64,000 nt of DNA from a virus (lineage: Duplodnaviria; Caudoviricetes): positions 7,788 to 71,787 of the IMG/VR virus record IMGVR_UViG_3300033072_000033; one strand, 5' to 3'. This document shows positions 63,166-64,000 of the stretch, one piece after another (positions within the stretch are counted from its first letter, which is position 1; each line of letters begins with the position of its first letter). The translations under genes were made by a program, and so were the position numbers. The notes under the pieces are model-generated. The model ran no database searches. It was not told where the DNA came from and saw only the letters and a list, made by a program, of their open reading frames with translations.

Positions 63166-63963
63166 TTGAGTACATGGAACGAATTAACCCAAGACTGTCT
63201 TAATAACAATAAGACGTTGCATGAAACATCTCTACCAGTTGATCGTAGGGGTAATGCAATCTCTGGCAATTACTATTTGGATATTGCTAAAGGTAAAATT
63301 CCGGGAAGTTCTGTTGTGTTCGTCGGCGGAAGAAATCGCCAAGTTGCTATTAACACCACAGCATCTATATGGAATTATGGGGGATTATATCCGTGGAGTG
63401 CATGGAATGGTGGTGCTGGCACATTAAGTCTGGTAAGTAATAGTGCATTGGATACTGGTATTACTATATTGTTAAATGGATTAGATTCTAACTATAATAT
63501 TCAGACTGAGACGATTACTGTCAATGATGGAACTCCTGTAGTCACCACAAAAAGTTTTCTAAGACTGAATTCCGCAACTGTTGTCGGCAGTAAAGCCTGT
63601 GTGGGTGTAATTGATATCAGTAGAAATGGTACTGTGGTCGGAAGAATCAATCCAGACAAACAATCAACTTCGATGAGTATCTATACAGTACCAGCAGGAT
63701 ATACAGCATTTAGTGTGTGGGGAGACTTTTCTATATTGGGAAATAACTCTGCTGAAATGCAAGCTTATTGGAGATTTTATGGCGGTGTTTTCGTTGGAGT
63801 ATATGCCACAGAAGTAACCGGTACTACATATCAATCGACGCCACTATTACCCGGTGCTATTCCCGAAAAAACGGATATTGATAATAGAGTCGCGTTCGGC
63901 ACAAACAATTTCACTGCAAGTTCCAACCAACAATTACTTTTAATAAACAATAATTACCTGTAA
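63166..63963 (+). CDS. Hypothetical virion structural protein
   Basis: 265 aa beta-rich, TTG start abutting the upstream stop. Confidence 0.55.
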   Translation: MSTWNELTQDCLNNNKTLHETSLPVDRRGNAISGNYYLDIAKGKIPGSSVVFVGGRNRQVAINTTASIWNYGGLYPWSAWNGGAGTLSLVSNSALDTGITILLNGLDSNYNIQTETITVNDGTPVVTTKSFLRLNSATVVGSKACVGVIDISRNGTVVGRINPDKQSTSMSIYTVPAGYTAFSVWGDFSILGNNSAEMQAYWRFYGGVFVGVYATEVTGTTYQSTPLLPGAIPEKTDIDNRVAFGTNNFTASSNQQLLLINNNYL

Positions 63964-63977
63964 CTAGGAGATCCAAA

Positions 63978-64000
63978 ATGATTGAAGAACAAAAAATCGA
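63978..64000 (+). CDS. Start of a gene truncated by the window end
   Basis: AGGAG RBS then ATG ATT GAA GAA CAA AAA ATC. Confidence 0.5.

Overview
A 64 kb segment of a lytic T4-like myovirus genome with cyanophage/pelagiphage-type gene order; essentially all real genes are on the + strand. Order: fibre genes (two Asn-heptad coiled-coil fibres, then a Gly-X-Thr collagen-like fibre followed by a 2OG-Fe(II) oxygenase, glycosyltransferase and methyltransferase); neck/tail/head module (gp13-14-15, gp16, Dps, split gp17, gp18-23); gp3-uvsY-uvsW-gp55-gp47-gp46; peptide deformylase; replication module (gp45-44-62-regA-gp43-uvsX-split gp41); a seven-gene glycan-synthesis island; probable head-internal proteins. 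Six free-standing homing-endonuclease-like genes are present, two inside genes fractured by split inteins (terminase, GOS-TerL-like atypical split; helicase, gp41-1-like split). Most notable: (1) a likely self-contained modification cassette for the collagen fibre; (2) a promoter-driven ~300 nt tandem structured RNA with covarying stems upstream of a winged-helix gene, followed by a perfect 34 bp palindrome; (3) a family B polymerase with four substitutions clustered in the nascent base-pair pocket, including the steric-gate Tyr to His; (4) a rare-codon patch in gp23 that looks like a recoded homing site. No tRNA, rRNA or CRISPR array seen. Family calls come from motif recognition by eye; no database search was run.
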